A stretch of DNA of 64,000 nucleotides from an uncultured Chloroflexia bacterium. GTDB lineage: Bacteria; Chloroflexota; Limnocylindria; Limnocylindrales; CSP1-4. This document shows, piece after piece, positions 31,670 through 41,151 of the stretch. Under the pieces are notes generated by a model. It made no database searches and was not told the origin of the DNA. It saw only the letters and a program-made list of their open reading frames with translations. The position numbers were made by a program, and so were the translations under genes. Every line of letters starts with the position of its first letter. Position 1 is the first letter of the stretch. The stretch lies in assembly GCA_963752475.1 (NCBI GenBank), contig CAVVYR010000004.1, forward strand, positions 207,051 to 271,050. The letters run 5' to 3'.

Positions 31670-34600
31670 TCAACCGACCTCGGGGAACTCGCGCTCGGCG
31701 GTCTTCTGGACGTCCGCGATGGCGGCGAACGAGCCACGCAGCAGCTCACGCTGCATCGCCGTCAGAGATGACAACTCCACCACGGAGGTCGGCTCACGCC
31801 CGGCGCGCACGTCCTCGAGCTGCGCCTGCAGGCGCAGGCCCATGAGGAAGTCGTAGGCATCGGTGATCTCTTCGAGGCTCCCCGCCGGCAGCAGCTGGCG
31901 ATCGGCGAGCGCGATGATGCGGTCCATCGTGTGCGTGGCCACGATCCGCTGCCGCTCGGCGTAGACGCGAGCGAAAGCCACGATCGGCTGCAGCGCGTCC
32001 TTGAGATCGAACTTGCCGCTCGACTCGGAAGCCCCACCGAGGTAGATGTTCCCAGGCAGCCGCAGCGGCGGCCGGAACGAGAGCGCGTTGCGAGCCAGCA
32101 GGAACTGCACGCCCCGCTGCTCGGGCAGGGTGGCATGGACGTGCCGCCGCAACTCGCCGACCAGCGCGGCGTCACCCCGGATGAGCCGGAAGTCGAGGAA
32201 GATCGAGAGGTCGGTCAGGTCCTGCGCTTCGGCGTGCCGGAGCCAGGCGTCGTACGTCTCGATCCAGCTGGCCAGCGAGCGGCACCACTTGGCGTCGCCG
32301 GCCATGACCTGCCCGCGACACTCGGGGTAGCCCGCGGTGGCCAGCCCCTCACCGACCCGTCGACCGAGCTCGAGGAACCACGACTGCAGCTCGTCCGCAT
32401 CGGCCTCCTCGGGCAGGTCGTAGACCAACCCGGAGTCCTGGTCGCTGATGAGGTGGACCTCCCCCCTGCCCTGGCTGCCGAGTGCGAGCCAGGCGAAGGG
32501 CGCCGGCGCCGGTCCCATCGCCTCGAGCGCCAGCTCCAGGATCCGCACCGTGGCGGCATCGAAGACCGAGGTCAGCGTGCTGTTGACCGGGCGCGGCTTG
32601 GACGTCGAGCTCAGCAGGGTCGCCGCCAGCGAGACCGTGCGCTCGCACCGGCGCGCGACCTCCTCGACCGACGAAGCCCGCCCGATGTCCCGGAGTACCA
32701 CCAGCGGCGCATAGCGCGGTGAGCGGATCAGCGCTTCCTTGTCGACGACGGCGGTGATGGCACCCGACGCGTCCTCCACCGCCAGATGCTTGACCCCGGC
32801 CGTCTCCATGTGCAGCAACGCCTCGTACACCGGCGCGCTCTGCGGCAAGCGGATGAGCGGTGCGGTCATGACGGTCTCGACCGGGTCGTCGACGGCCTTG
32901 CCCGCGGCCACGACGCGCGAGCGGATGTCGTGGTCGGTGACGATGCCGATGGGTGCCCCGGAGCCGCTGGCCACGAGCGCTGCCGTGGCCCCGTGCTCGG
33001 TCATCGTGGTGGCCACGTCGCCCAGCCGCTCCTCCATGGGCACGACGATGGGCTCCACGCCCAGGGCCTCGATCGATTCGTGCAGGAAGAGCAACGAGGC
33101 CCGCAGCTGCTGGACCTCACGATCGGCCGCGCCGCCACGAGCGGCGGTCACGTCAACCAGCAGGCCATCGATCCAGGCCGGCTCGTCCTCTTCATCGCGG
33201 ATGAGCACGCCCGACAGCAGCACCGACCGCGGGCCTGACGGTGTGTCGATGGCCAGGAACTGGTCGCGCACCTCACCCGTATCGAGCAACCGTCGGTAGG
33301 CACGCGCGTACTCGTCGGAGCTGGCGAAGCAATCGGCCAGGGCCAGCTGCCCCCCCTCCTCCACGGCCACCAGCGCGAGCAGCTCCCGCGCGGCCGGACT
33401 CAAGTCCACGAACACACCGCGTCTCGCGGCCACCGCCCGGAAGACCCCGACCGATGAGCCGATGGCAGAGGCGTCCGAGCGGGCCGTCGCCGCCGCCGTC
33501 ACGTCGCGGGCCAGCAGGATGTGGCCGGTCTGATCGCCGAACTCGACGGGCTCCAGCGTCAGCACGCACTCCACCGTCGAACCGTCCGAACGCGTCAGCA
33601 GGCCCTCGCGTGCGACGCCCAGCACGGCCGACTCGTGATCACCGTCATCGAGCAGCTCCCAGAGGGCCTCGTTGCCCTCGCGCGGCAGCACATCGACCGG
33701 CTCCAGGAAGTCCAGTTGTCGCGATCCGTATCCGAGCAGCTCGAGGAACGTGGGGTTGGCATATCGCAGGCGCCCATCGACCACGAGCAATGTGCCCTCC
33801 GACGTGGCCTCGACGAGAGCGTGATAGCGCGCGTTCGAGTCTCGCAGCCGCTCCACGCCCTCCTCGCGCCGACGCTCGATACGCAGCGACTGCTGCAGCA
33901 CGAAGGCCAGCAGCAGGGCGATGACACCGCTGATGGCGAGGGCGGCCAGGAGCAGGTTCCGCTCGATGCGCTCGATCTCGGCCTGCACGTCATCGACGTA
34001 CATGCCCGTGCCGATGACCCAATCCCAAGGCTCGAAGCCCTTGACGTACGACTCCTTCGGCTCCAGCCGCTGGACATCGTCGAAGCGCTGGAAGACGTAG
34101 CCGACGTAGCCCTCGTCCTGCTCGTCGACGAGCTCCGCGAACTGGACGAAGATGGGCTCGCCGCGCGGGTCGGTGTAGTCGGAGATGTCCTCGCCCTCGA
34201 GGTCCGGCCGATACGGGTGCATGACCATCGTGGGCTCGGCATCCTGGATCCAGAAGTAGTCGAGCCGGTCCTCCCCGTAACGCAGCTCCGAGACCACGCC
34301 GGCGGCCGCCGCCTGCGCCTCCTCGCGGGTGAGGGTGCCGGCCCGTTCGTCGGCCTCATAGGCGGCGAGCACGCTCCAGGCCGAGTTCGTGAGCTCGCGG
34401 ATCATCTCCCGCTTGCGCTCGACGAGCGACTCCTCGAACGAGGGCAGGATCAGGCCCCAGAAGGCGATGAGGAAGAGCGCCAGCGCGGCCACCGCCGGGA
34501 GCACCACGCGCAGGACGAAGGGGCGACGACTGAGGCCTCCGGGGCTCCCCGGGGGCTCGGCCGAGGCAGGAGCGGCGGGGTCCCCGTCGCCCGGCGAGAC

Positions 34601-35344
34601 CTTCGACGCCAGGCCCGGCCCATCGAGCACGGCCGCGCGGAATCGGACCCAGTCCTCGTGGGGCATCTCGATCCCCAGGGCCTCGCTACCGAGCCCGCGA
34701 ACGGCGTGGTAGTCGGTGCCGCCGCTGACGAGGAGGTCGTGTCTGGCCGCCAGCGTACGGAGGGCCTCACGCTCCCCGGGCTCGAACTCTTCGTAGACCG
34801 CCTCGATACCGTCGAGCCCCTTGGCGCGCAGCTCGAGCACGAAGCGCTCAAGGTCGGCGATATCGCGTTCGTAGACGAGTGGGTGGGCCAGGAAGACCTT
34901 GCCGCCGGCACGGTGCAACAGGTCGATGGCGTCGCCGATCTCGAGACGACCGTCAGGAGCGGCGCTGCCGTTCTCGTGGTGGTCGCCGCGGGTGCCCGCC
35001 GCCCGGATGGAGCCCTCGATGGACTGGGTGTCGGTCGAGCGATGAGCGCGGATCGAGGCCAGCGTCGCGGTGAGGTCGGGGTACTCGGGATCGAAGCCGT
35101 AGGCCACGAGGTGGATGACCCGCCCATCGTGCTGCGTCGTCAGCTCGATGCCCGGGAGGGAGGCCACACCTCGCGCGTCGAGCGCGTCACGGAACTCGGG
35201 CCAGCCAGCGATCGTGTCGTGGTCGCAGAGCGCCGCGAAGCGCACGCCGGCTTCGGCCAATCGCTTGGCCAGGGCAGCCGGTGCTAGCGCGCCATCGGAG
35301 TGGAGCGTGTGCGCGTGCAGGTTGAGGAAGACGCCGTCAGCCAT
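31670..35344 (-). CDS. Membrane signalling protein: PHP phosphoesterase - TM - Cache - TM - PAS - CBS pair - DUF294 nucleotidyltransferase - DUF294_C
   Basis: PHP: LHAHT.HSDG, DHD, GIE, IH, AHP, GGTDYH. Cache: LRYG...DYFWI...MVMHP...KESYVKGFEPWDWVIGTG.Y. NTase: LGSQGRGE..ISDQDSG. DUF294_C: FDFR...GD, DLK. Confidence 0.88.
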   Translation of the reverse strand: MADGVFLNLHAHTLHSDGALAPAALAKRLAEAGVRFAALCDHDTIAGWPEFRDALDARGVASLPGIELTTQHDGRVIHLVAYGFDPEYPDLTATLASIRAHRSTDTQSIEGSIRAAGTRGDHHENGSAAPDGRLEIGDAIDLLHRAGGKVFLAHPLVYERDIADLERFVLELRAKGLDGIEAVYEEFEPGEREALRTLAARHDLLVSGGTDYHAVRGLGSEALGIEMPHEDWVRFRAAVLDGPGLASKVSPGDGDPAAPASAEPPGSPGGLSRRPFVLRVVLPAVAALALFLIAFWGLILPSFEESLVERKREMIRELTNSAWSVLAAYEADERAGTLTREEAQAAAAGVVSELRYGEDRLDYFWIQDAEPTMVMHPYRPDLEGEDISDYTDPRGEPIFVQFAELVDEQDEGYVGYVFQRFDDVQRLEPKESYVKGFEPWDWVIGTGMYVDDVQAEIERIERNLLLAALAISGVIALLLAFVLQQSLRIERRREEGVERLRDSNARYHALVEATSEGTLLVVDGRLRYANPTFLELLGYGSRQLDFLEPVDVLPREGNEALWELLDDGDHESAVLGVAREGLLTRSDGSTVECVLTLEPVEFGDQTGHILLARDVTAAATARSDASAIGSSVGVFRAVAARRGVFVDLSPAARELLALVAVEEGGQLALADCFASSDEYARAYRRLLDTGEVRDQFLAIDTPSGPRSVLLSGVLIRDEEDEPAWIDGLLVDVTAARGGAADREVQQLRASLLFLHESIEALGVEPIVVPMEERLGDVATTMTEHGATAALVASGSGAPIGIVTDHDIRSRVVAAGKAVDDPVETVMTAPLIRLPQSAPVYEALLHMETAGVKHLAVEDASGAITAVVDKEALIRSPRYAPLVVLRDIGRASSVEEVARRCERTVSLAATLLSSTSKPRPVNSTLTSVFDAATVRILELALEAMGPAPAPFAWLALGSQGRGEVHLISDQDSGLVYDLPEEADADELQSWFLELGRRVGEGLATAGYPECRGQVMAGDAKWCRSLASWIETYDAWLRHAEAQDLTDLSIFLDFRLIRGDAALVGELRRHVHATLPEQRGVQFLLARNALSFRPPLRLPGNIYLGGASESSGKFDLKDALQPIVAFARVYAERQRIVATHTMDRIIALADRQLLPAGSLEEITDAYDFLMGLRLQAQLEDVRAGREPTSVVELSSLTAMQRELLRGSFAAIADVQKTAEREFPEVG

Positions 35345-35419
35345 GGTCCCGAGGATGAGGCTCAGGTGCGCTGCAGCCTGGGGCTAGGTCCACTCGGCCC
35401 CAACGCACGGGACCGAGTA

Positions 35420-37153
35420 TCAGCGCACACGCACGCGGATGGGCTCGCTGTCGGCCGGCCAGCGGTCGGTCGTACCGGGATAGCTCACCACGATGTCGTA
35501 TCGGCCGGGCCCCAGCTCTCGCAGGGAAGCGGCGAAGCGCCCGTCCGCGTCGGTCGTCACCGTGCGCAGTGACACCGGACGCGTCGCGAACCAGATGTTC
35601 TCGCGCTGCGTCTCCTGACCGCTTTGGTCGAAGAAGATGAGTGAGACGTAGCCCGAACCAAGTGCCTTCGCCGGCACGTCGAGCGTGGCTGCGAACTCGA
35701 ACCTGGCGCCCGACCGGACCTTGAAGCGCGCGCCGTCGACCATGAGGGTCTCATGAGGTTTGGCCTTGATGCGCATCGCGGGCCCGTCCTCGTTGGTCAC
35801 GGCACTGGCCACCCCACTGCCGTAGGACCCCCAGCTGTCGAGGCCGCGCGAGAAGCGCGCGTTGGGCACCCTGTTCTTGCCCGTGCCCTCCTTGTAGCTG
35901 ACCTCGGAGATGCGCACATCGACCGGTGATGGCGTTCCGCCCTCGGTGTTGGCTCGGACCGCGATGAGCGCCTTCCTCGCCGCTTCGGGCACGACACCGC
36001 TGAAGCGATGGCGCTGCCTGGCCCTGCCGATGGGCTCAGCCGTCAGGGTGAGGCGTTCACCGGCCACCGGCAGGTCGGCGGTGGTCGCCATCCGGCCCTC
36101 GATGCGCATGGCCTGGATGGCCCGGGCCTTGAGCGCGGTCCGCTCGCCGAAGTACTGCTTCACGCGTCCGCTCGAGGTGTTCAGGTCGTCGTCCGGGAGG
36201 GTCCGGTCGGGCTGGCTGTGCCACGACCACAGGCCGGCCATCTGCGGCGTCCCGCCATGCACCTGCTCGTACCTCACCGCGTGTGCCATCTGCTGTTCGA
36301 GCCACGTGTCGTTCTGCCGCGAGTCCTCGCTGCCCAGGTAGAGCATGCCGAAGGGGACCCCACGTGCATCGGCGAGGGCTTCGATCGCCATCACGCGCTC
36401 CGGCCAGTCCTCGATGCGCCAGTCGACATCGATGTTGAGGAACGCGAGGGGCTCTCCCGTTCGCGCCTCCCATGTGTCCAGCCAGGTGGCGAAGTCACGC
36501 TCGGAGAGGTAGAGATGGCTGACGACCGGCTCGATCGACCCGACCGCGATGCCCGGGAAGTACCGCCGCACCTCCCCGACCCAGGCCCAGACCTCATCGA
36601 CCACCTCCTCTACGGTGTACCCGCAGGCACGGAGGCCAGCGTAGACGTGCCCGTTGGCGAAGGGCTGGTCGAGGGTGAGGTAGTCGAGCCGCCCACCCAG
36701 CCGGTGGATGCGCTCGATCTCGATGAGGTCGTACGGCCCCTCCATCGACTCCCGGTGGTCGCACACATCAGCGCCCTTCCAGGTCAATGGCTCCACCTCC
36801 AGCCCGAGCGGCAACTCGTGCTCGTCCAGCCAGGCGAACAGCTCGCGCAGCTGCTCGTCGGTCGCGCTGTAGCGGAACATCCAGGCGTGCATATGGAAGG
36901 CGTCGATCTGCTGAGCGACCTCCCGCCAGGGCGCATCGTCCGCCCACAGGTCCCAGTAGTCGTCCGCGCCATCTGGCAACGGGTAGTGGGAGATCTCGTC
37001 CGGCAGCGGTGGGACCGGCTGATATGAGACGAACGGCGCGTCCGAGAAGTCGAGCGCTTCATCCTCCTCCACCTGCGCCACGGCCGGCACCGCGACCGAT
37101 GAACCGAGCAGGACCGTGGCGACCAGCGCCATGAGCGACCGCGTCTTGACCAT
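35420..37153 (-). CDS. Secreted multidomain protein (possible TIM-barrel hydrolase-like domain, carbohydrate-binding-like domain, Ig-like tail)
   Basis: Signal peptide AVA-QV; Trp/acid-rich N-terminal domain; NRVPNARFSRGLDSW; TTDADGRF; RBS GAAGGAG. Confidence 0.6.
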   Translation of the reverse strand: MVKTRSLMALVATVLLGSSVAVPAVAQVEEDEALDFSDAPFVSYQPVPPLPDEISHYPLPDGADDYWDLWADDAPWREVAQQIDAFHMHAWMFRYSATDEQLRELFAWLDEHELPLGLEVEPLTWKGADVCDHRESMEGPYDLIEIERIHRLGGRLDYLTLDQPFANGHVYAGLRACGYTVEEVVDEVWAWVGEVRRYFPGIAVGSIEPVVSHLYLSERDFATWLDTWEARTGEPLAFLNIDVDWRIEDWPERVMAIEALADARGVPFGMLYLGSEDSRQNDTWLEQQMAHAVRYEQVHGGTPQMAGLWSWHSQPDRTLPDDDLNTSSGRVKQYFGERTALKARAIQAMRIEGRMATTADLPVAGERLTLTAEPIGRARQRHRFSGVVPEAARKALIAVRANTEGGTPSPVDVRISEVSYKEGTGKNRVPNARFSRGLDSWGSYGSGVASAVTNEDGPAMRIKAKPHETLMVDGARFKVRSGARFEFAATLDVPAKALGSGYVSLIFFDQSGQETQRENIWFATRPVSLRTVTTDADGRFAASLRELGPGRYDIVVSYPGTTDRWPADSEPIRVRVR

Positions 37154-37245
37154 CGCGCTCTCCTTCGTGCCACGGCCGGGGCGACCGAGGAGCGCCAAAC
37201 ACTAGCGAGCAGGTGCCAGAACGACAACCGGGCGGCCGACCGTCG

Positions 37246-37284
37246 CCGACAGCGGACTGAAAGCACCGACAGCGGACTGAAAGC
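37246..37284. repeat. Perfect 19-bp direct repeat CCGACAGCGGACTGAAAGC x2 (20-bp period)
   Basis: Copies at 37246 and 37266 in the divergent region upstream of hox. Confidence 0.8.
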
Positions 37285-37456
37285 GCTCCCAACCGCACCG
37301 ATGGACCGGAGTGGGCCAGACCGGCCCATCCGGTTCGGGGCCACATGGCCCTATCAGCGCCCGTCGGCGCAGGCGTTAGGTGGAGTCATCACCGCGCGAC
37401 ACGCAGGCGGCTCGCCGGCCGTCCGTGACGCGGGGTTGATTCGTGAGGGAGCACGA

Positions 37457-37990
37457 ATGACTACCGTGACGGAGACCACGGACGGGGGGATGGTGGACCA
37501 GGATTCCCTCGATCGCATCATCGCTTCACAGGCTGGTCGACCGGGTGCCCTGCTGGGCATCCTGCAACGGCTCCAGGAACAGAGCCAGAACAAGTACCTG
37601 CCGATGGGCACGCTCGAGTACGTGGCCAAGCGCACCGGCATCCCCCAGTCGCAGGTCTTCTCCGTCGCGTCCTTCTACTCCCTCTTCAACCTCGAACCGC
37701 AGGGCGACCACATCGTGGCCATCTGCCGCGGCACGGCCTGCCACACCCGCGGCTCGCGCCCGCTGCTGCAGCGTGTGAAGCTGCAGCTGGGCCTGCGTGA
37801 CGCCGGCATCGACGCCGACAAGGTCAGCCTGACCACGCCGGACCTCGGCTTCACCGTGCGCACGGTGGCTTGCTTCGGACAGTGCGCGCTGGCGCCGGTG
37901 GTCGAAGTCGACCACGCCATCCGCGGACACGTCACCGAACAGGCCCTCATCCGCGAGGTCGAGACACTCCGAAAGCGAGGCGGCCGATGA
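37457..37990 (+). CDS. hoxE: Bidirectional hydrogenase/NuoE-like 2Fe-2S subunit
   Basis: VASFYSLF, CRGTACH, VACFGQCALAPV. Confidence 0.85.
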   Translation: MTTVTETTDGGMVDQDSLDRIIASQAGRPGALLGILQRLQEQSQNKYLPMGTLEYVAKRTGIPQSQVFSVASFYSLFNLEPQGDHIVAICRGTACHTRGSRPLLQRVKLQLGLRDAGIDADKVSLTTPDLGFTVRTVACFGQCALAPVVEVDHAIRGHVTEQALIREVETLRKRGGR

Positions 37991-40900
37991 GGATCGCCGA
38001 TCTCGCCGAGTTCAACGCCGTCCGCGAAACCGGCCTGGCCAAGCTCACGCCCGATCGTCCGCGCATCGCGGTGGGCATGGGCACCTGCGGGAGCGGGAAC
38101 GGCGCCGAAGGCGTTCACACCGCCTTCAAGTCGGCCATCGAGGCCCGGGGCCTGGATATCTCGCTCGCGCCCGTCGGCTGCTTCGGCTTCTGCGCCGAGG
38201 AACCCATCGTCAACGTCTGGGTGCCCGGCCAGCCGCTGCTCATGCTGAGGCGCGTCCAGCCCGAGCACGTCGACCACATCCTGGAGGCCGTCGAGCGCGG
38301 CGTGCTCCCGACCGCCGAGCTCATCCTGTGCAAGATCGAGGAGTGGGACCATCTCACCGGGCACGTGCGCTACGGCACCGGCTACGAAGACATCCCGTCC
38401 TGGGACGAGATCCCCTTCTTCGAGGGCCAGCTGAAGATCGCCCTGCGCAACTGCGGCCTCATCAGCCCTGACGACATCGAGGAGTACATCGCGGTCGGCG
38501 GCTACCAGGCGCTGTACAAGGTATTGATCGATGACAACCCCGCGGGCGTCGTGGAGTCGATCAAGGCAGCCAAGCTGCGCGGTCGCGGCGGCGCCGGCTT
38601 CCTGACCGGTATCAAGTGGGAGTTCCTGGCCAAGGCCCCGGGCCCGGAGAAGTACCTCATCTGCAACGCGGACGAGGGCGATCCCGGCGCCTACATGAAC
38701 CGCAACGAGATCGAGTCGGACCCGCACGCGCTGATCGAGGGCATGGTCATCGCGGGCTACGCCACCGGTGCCAGCAACGGCATCATCTATGTCCGCGCCG
38801 AGTACCCCATCGCGGTCATGCGCCTGGAGCGCGCAGTGGCTCAGGCTCGGGCCTACGGCATCGTGGGCACGGACGTCATGGGTCGTGGCTTCGACTTCGA
38901 CATCCAGATCGTCGAGGGTGCGGGAGCCTTCGTCTGCGGCGAGGAGACCGCGCTCATCGCCTCGCTCGAGGGCAAGGCCGGCCGGCCTCGGCCGCGTCCG
39001 CCGTTCCCGGCCCAGAAGGGCCTCTACGGCAAGCCCACCAACATCAACAACGTCGAGACCTGGTACAACGTCGCGCCCATCGTAGCCAAGGGAGCTGCCT
39101 GGTTCAGCGACACCGGCTCGGCCAAGAGTGCCGGCACCAAGGTCTTCTCGCTGGTCGGCAAGGTCAGGAACACGGGCCTCGTCGAGATGCCCCTGGGGAC
39201 CCCGCTATCCAAGTTCATCTACGACGTCGGCGGCGGCGCCCCGGGTGGACGCGAGATCAAGGCCGTGCAGACGGGCGGACCGTCCGGTGGCTGCATCCCG
39301 ATCGACCTCTTCGACACCCCGGTCGACTACGAGACGCTGGCCCAGCTGGGCTCGATCATGGGCTCGGGCGGCATGGTCGTGCTGGACGAAGACAACTGCA
39401 TGGTCGACGTCGCCCGCTACTTCGTGGAGTTCACCCACTCCGAGTCGTGCGGCAAGTGCGTGCCCTGTCGCGTAGGCCTCGACAAGGCCCTGGCTATGCT
39501 CGACGGTTTCACCCACGGCACGGCCACGCTCGAGGACCTCGACGCCCTCGACGAGCTCTGTCGCATGACTCGCGACATGAGCCTCTGCGCCCTTGGCGGG
39601 AGCGCACCAAACCCGGTGCTCACGAGCCTGCGGCACTTCCGCCACGAGTTCGAGGACCACGTCCTCGCGAAGCGCTGTCGTGCCGGTGTCTGCGAGGACC
39701 TCGCACTCAGCCCGTGCGAGAACTCGTGCCCGCTGCACATGAACATCCCGCGCTTCCTGCAGTTGTACAAGGAGGATCGACTCGAGGAGGCCTTCCTGTC
39801 CGTGGTGCTGGACAACCCGCTGCCGGCCTCGACCGGTCGCGTCTGCCAGCATCCTTGTGACGATCGCTGCCGGCGCGAGGCCATCGACGAAGCCGTGAAC
39901 ATGCGCGAGGTCCATCGCGCCATCGCCGACCAGGTCTACCTGACCGACCGCTTCGAGCCCCTCGTGGCCCGAGTGCTCGAACAGAAGATGCCGGCCAGCG
40001 GCAAGCACGTCGCGGTCGTCGGCGCCGGCCCGACCGGCCTCACCTTCGCCTACTACATGGCCCTGCGCGGCCACGAGGTCACCTGCTTCGACTCTCGGCC
40101 GGCCGCCGGCGGCATGCTCCGCTACGCCCTGCCCGAGTACCGCCTGCCACAGGCTGTGCTGGACAAGGAGATCGAGCTCATCGAGCGCACCGGTGTCACG
40201 TTCCGCTTCGGCGTCGAGGTCGGAAAGGACGTCAGCCTCAACGAGGTCGACGAGGAGTTCGACGCCGTGTTCCTTTCGATCGGCACCTGGAAGGAAGCCT
40301 GGGTCCACCTCGCCGGAACCGAGTTGACCGGCGTCGTCCCGGCACTCCCCTTCCTCGAGTCCATGGCCCGCGAGGAGGATGTTCCGGTGGGCCGCAACGT
40401 CGTGGTCATCGGTGGCGGCAACGCGGCCGTCGACTCGGCCCGGTCCGCCCGCCGCCTGGGCGCTGACGTGACCATCGTCTATCGCCGCGAGCGCAAGGAC
40501 ATGCCGGCCATCGAGGAAGAGGTCGTGGCGGCTGAGCACGAGGGCGCGAAGATCGCCTATCTGCAGGCGCCCAACCGCATCATCGGCAACGCCGAGGGGA
40601 AGGTCCGGGCCATCGAGGTCGAGCGCACGCGCCCCGGTGAGTTCGACGAGTCTGGCCGACGCCGACCGGTCCCGACCGGCGAGATCATGCGCATCGAGTG
40701 CGACACCGTGATCCTCGCGGTCGGCGAGCGTGTCGACCCCGACTTCGCCGATGCCTCCGGGCTGCGGCTCAACGACGACGAGGAGACCCTCGAGGTCGAC
40801 CGCTACTCGCTCGAGACCAGCCGTGACCGCTTCTACGCCGGTGGCGACCTCATCACCGGCGCTTCGAACGTCTCGAACGCCATGGGCATCGGCAAGAAGG

Positions 40901-41142
40901 CCGCGCGCAACATCGACCGGCGCCTGATGGACCGGCTCACGCCCAGCGTGCTGCCCGAGTTCATCTACCAGATGGAGCCACCCGATCCACCCGCGGAGGG
41001 CGGCCGCAACACCCCTGCCGAGCTCCCGGCCGACGAGCGGGTCCGCTCGTACGCCGAGGTCTCGACCGGGTTCACACCCCAGGTCGCGCTCGACGAGGCG
41101 CACCGCTGCCTGCGCTGCGACATCCGCAGTGTCGAGTCCTAG
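37987..41142 (+). CDS. hoxF: NuoF/HoxF diaphorase subunit fused to a GltD/NfnB-like FAD/Fe-S oxidoreductase (~1051 aa)
   Basis: GRGGAGF, NADEGDPGA, GAFVCGEETAL, ESCGKCVPCR; then PCENSCP, GRVCQHPC, GAGPTG, IGGGNAAVD, YRR, RCLRCD. Confidence 0.85.
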   Translation: MRIADLAEFNAVRETGLAKLTPDRPRIAVGMGTCGSGNGAEGVHTAFKSAIEARGLDISLAPVGCFGFCAEEPIVNVWVPGQPLLMLRRVQPEHVDHILEAVERGVLPTAELILCKIEEWDHLTGHVRYGTGYEDIPSWDEIPFFEGQLKIALRNCGLISPDDIEEYIAVGGYQALYKVLIDDNPAGVVESIKAAKLRGRGGAGFLTGIKWEFLAKAPGPEKYLICNADEGDPGAYMNRNEIESDPHALIEGMVIAGYATGASNGIIYVRAEYPIAVMRLERAVAQARAYGIVGTDVMGRGFDFDIQIVEGAGAFVCGEETALIASLEGKAGRPRPRPPFPAQKGLYGKPTNINNVETWYNVAPIVAKGAAWFSDTGSAKSAGTKVFSLVGKVRNTGLVEMPLGTPLSKFIYDVGGGAPGGREIKAVQTGGPSGGCIPIDLFDTPVDYETLAQLGSIMGSGGMVVLDEDNCMVDVARYFVEFTHSESCGKCVPCRVGLDKALAMLDGFTHGTATLEDLDALDELCRMTRDMSLCALGGSAPNPVLTSLRHFRHEFEDHVLAKRCRAGVCEDLALSPCENSCPLHMNIPRFLQLYKEDRLEEAFLSVVLDNPLPASTGRVCQHPCDDRCRREAIDEAVNMREVHRAIADQVYLTDRFEPLVARVLEQKMPASGKHVAVVGAGPTGLTFAYYMALRGHEVTCFDSRPAAGGMLRYALPEYRLPQAVLDKEIELIERTGVTFRFGVEVGKDVSLNEVDEEFDAVFLSIGTWKEAWVHLAGTELTGVVPALPFLESMAREEDVPVGRNVVVIGGGNAAVDSARSARRLGADVTIVYRRERKDMPAIEEEVVAAEHEGAKIAYLQAPNRIIGNAEGKVRAIEVERTRPGEFDESGRRRPVPTGEIMRIECDTVILAVGERVDPDFADASGLRLNDDEETLEVDRYSLETSRDRFYAGGDLITGASNVSNAMGIGKKAARNIDRRLMDRLTPSVLPEFIYQMEPPDPPAEGGRNTPAELPADERVRSYAEVSTGFTPQVALDEAHRCLRCDIRSVES

Positions 41143-41151
41143 GAGGCCGTC

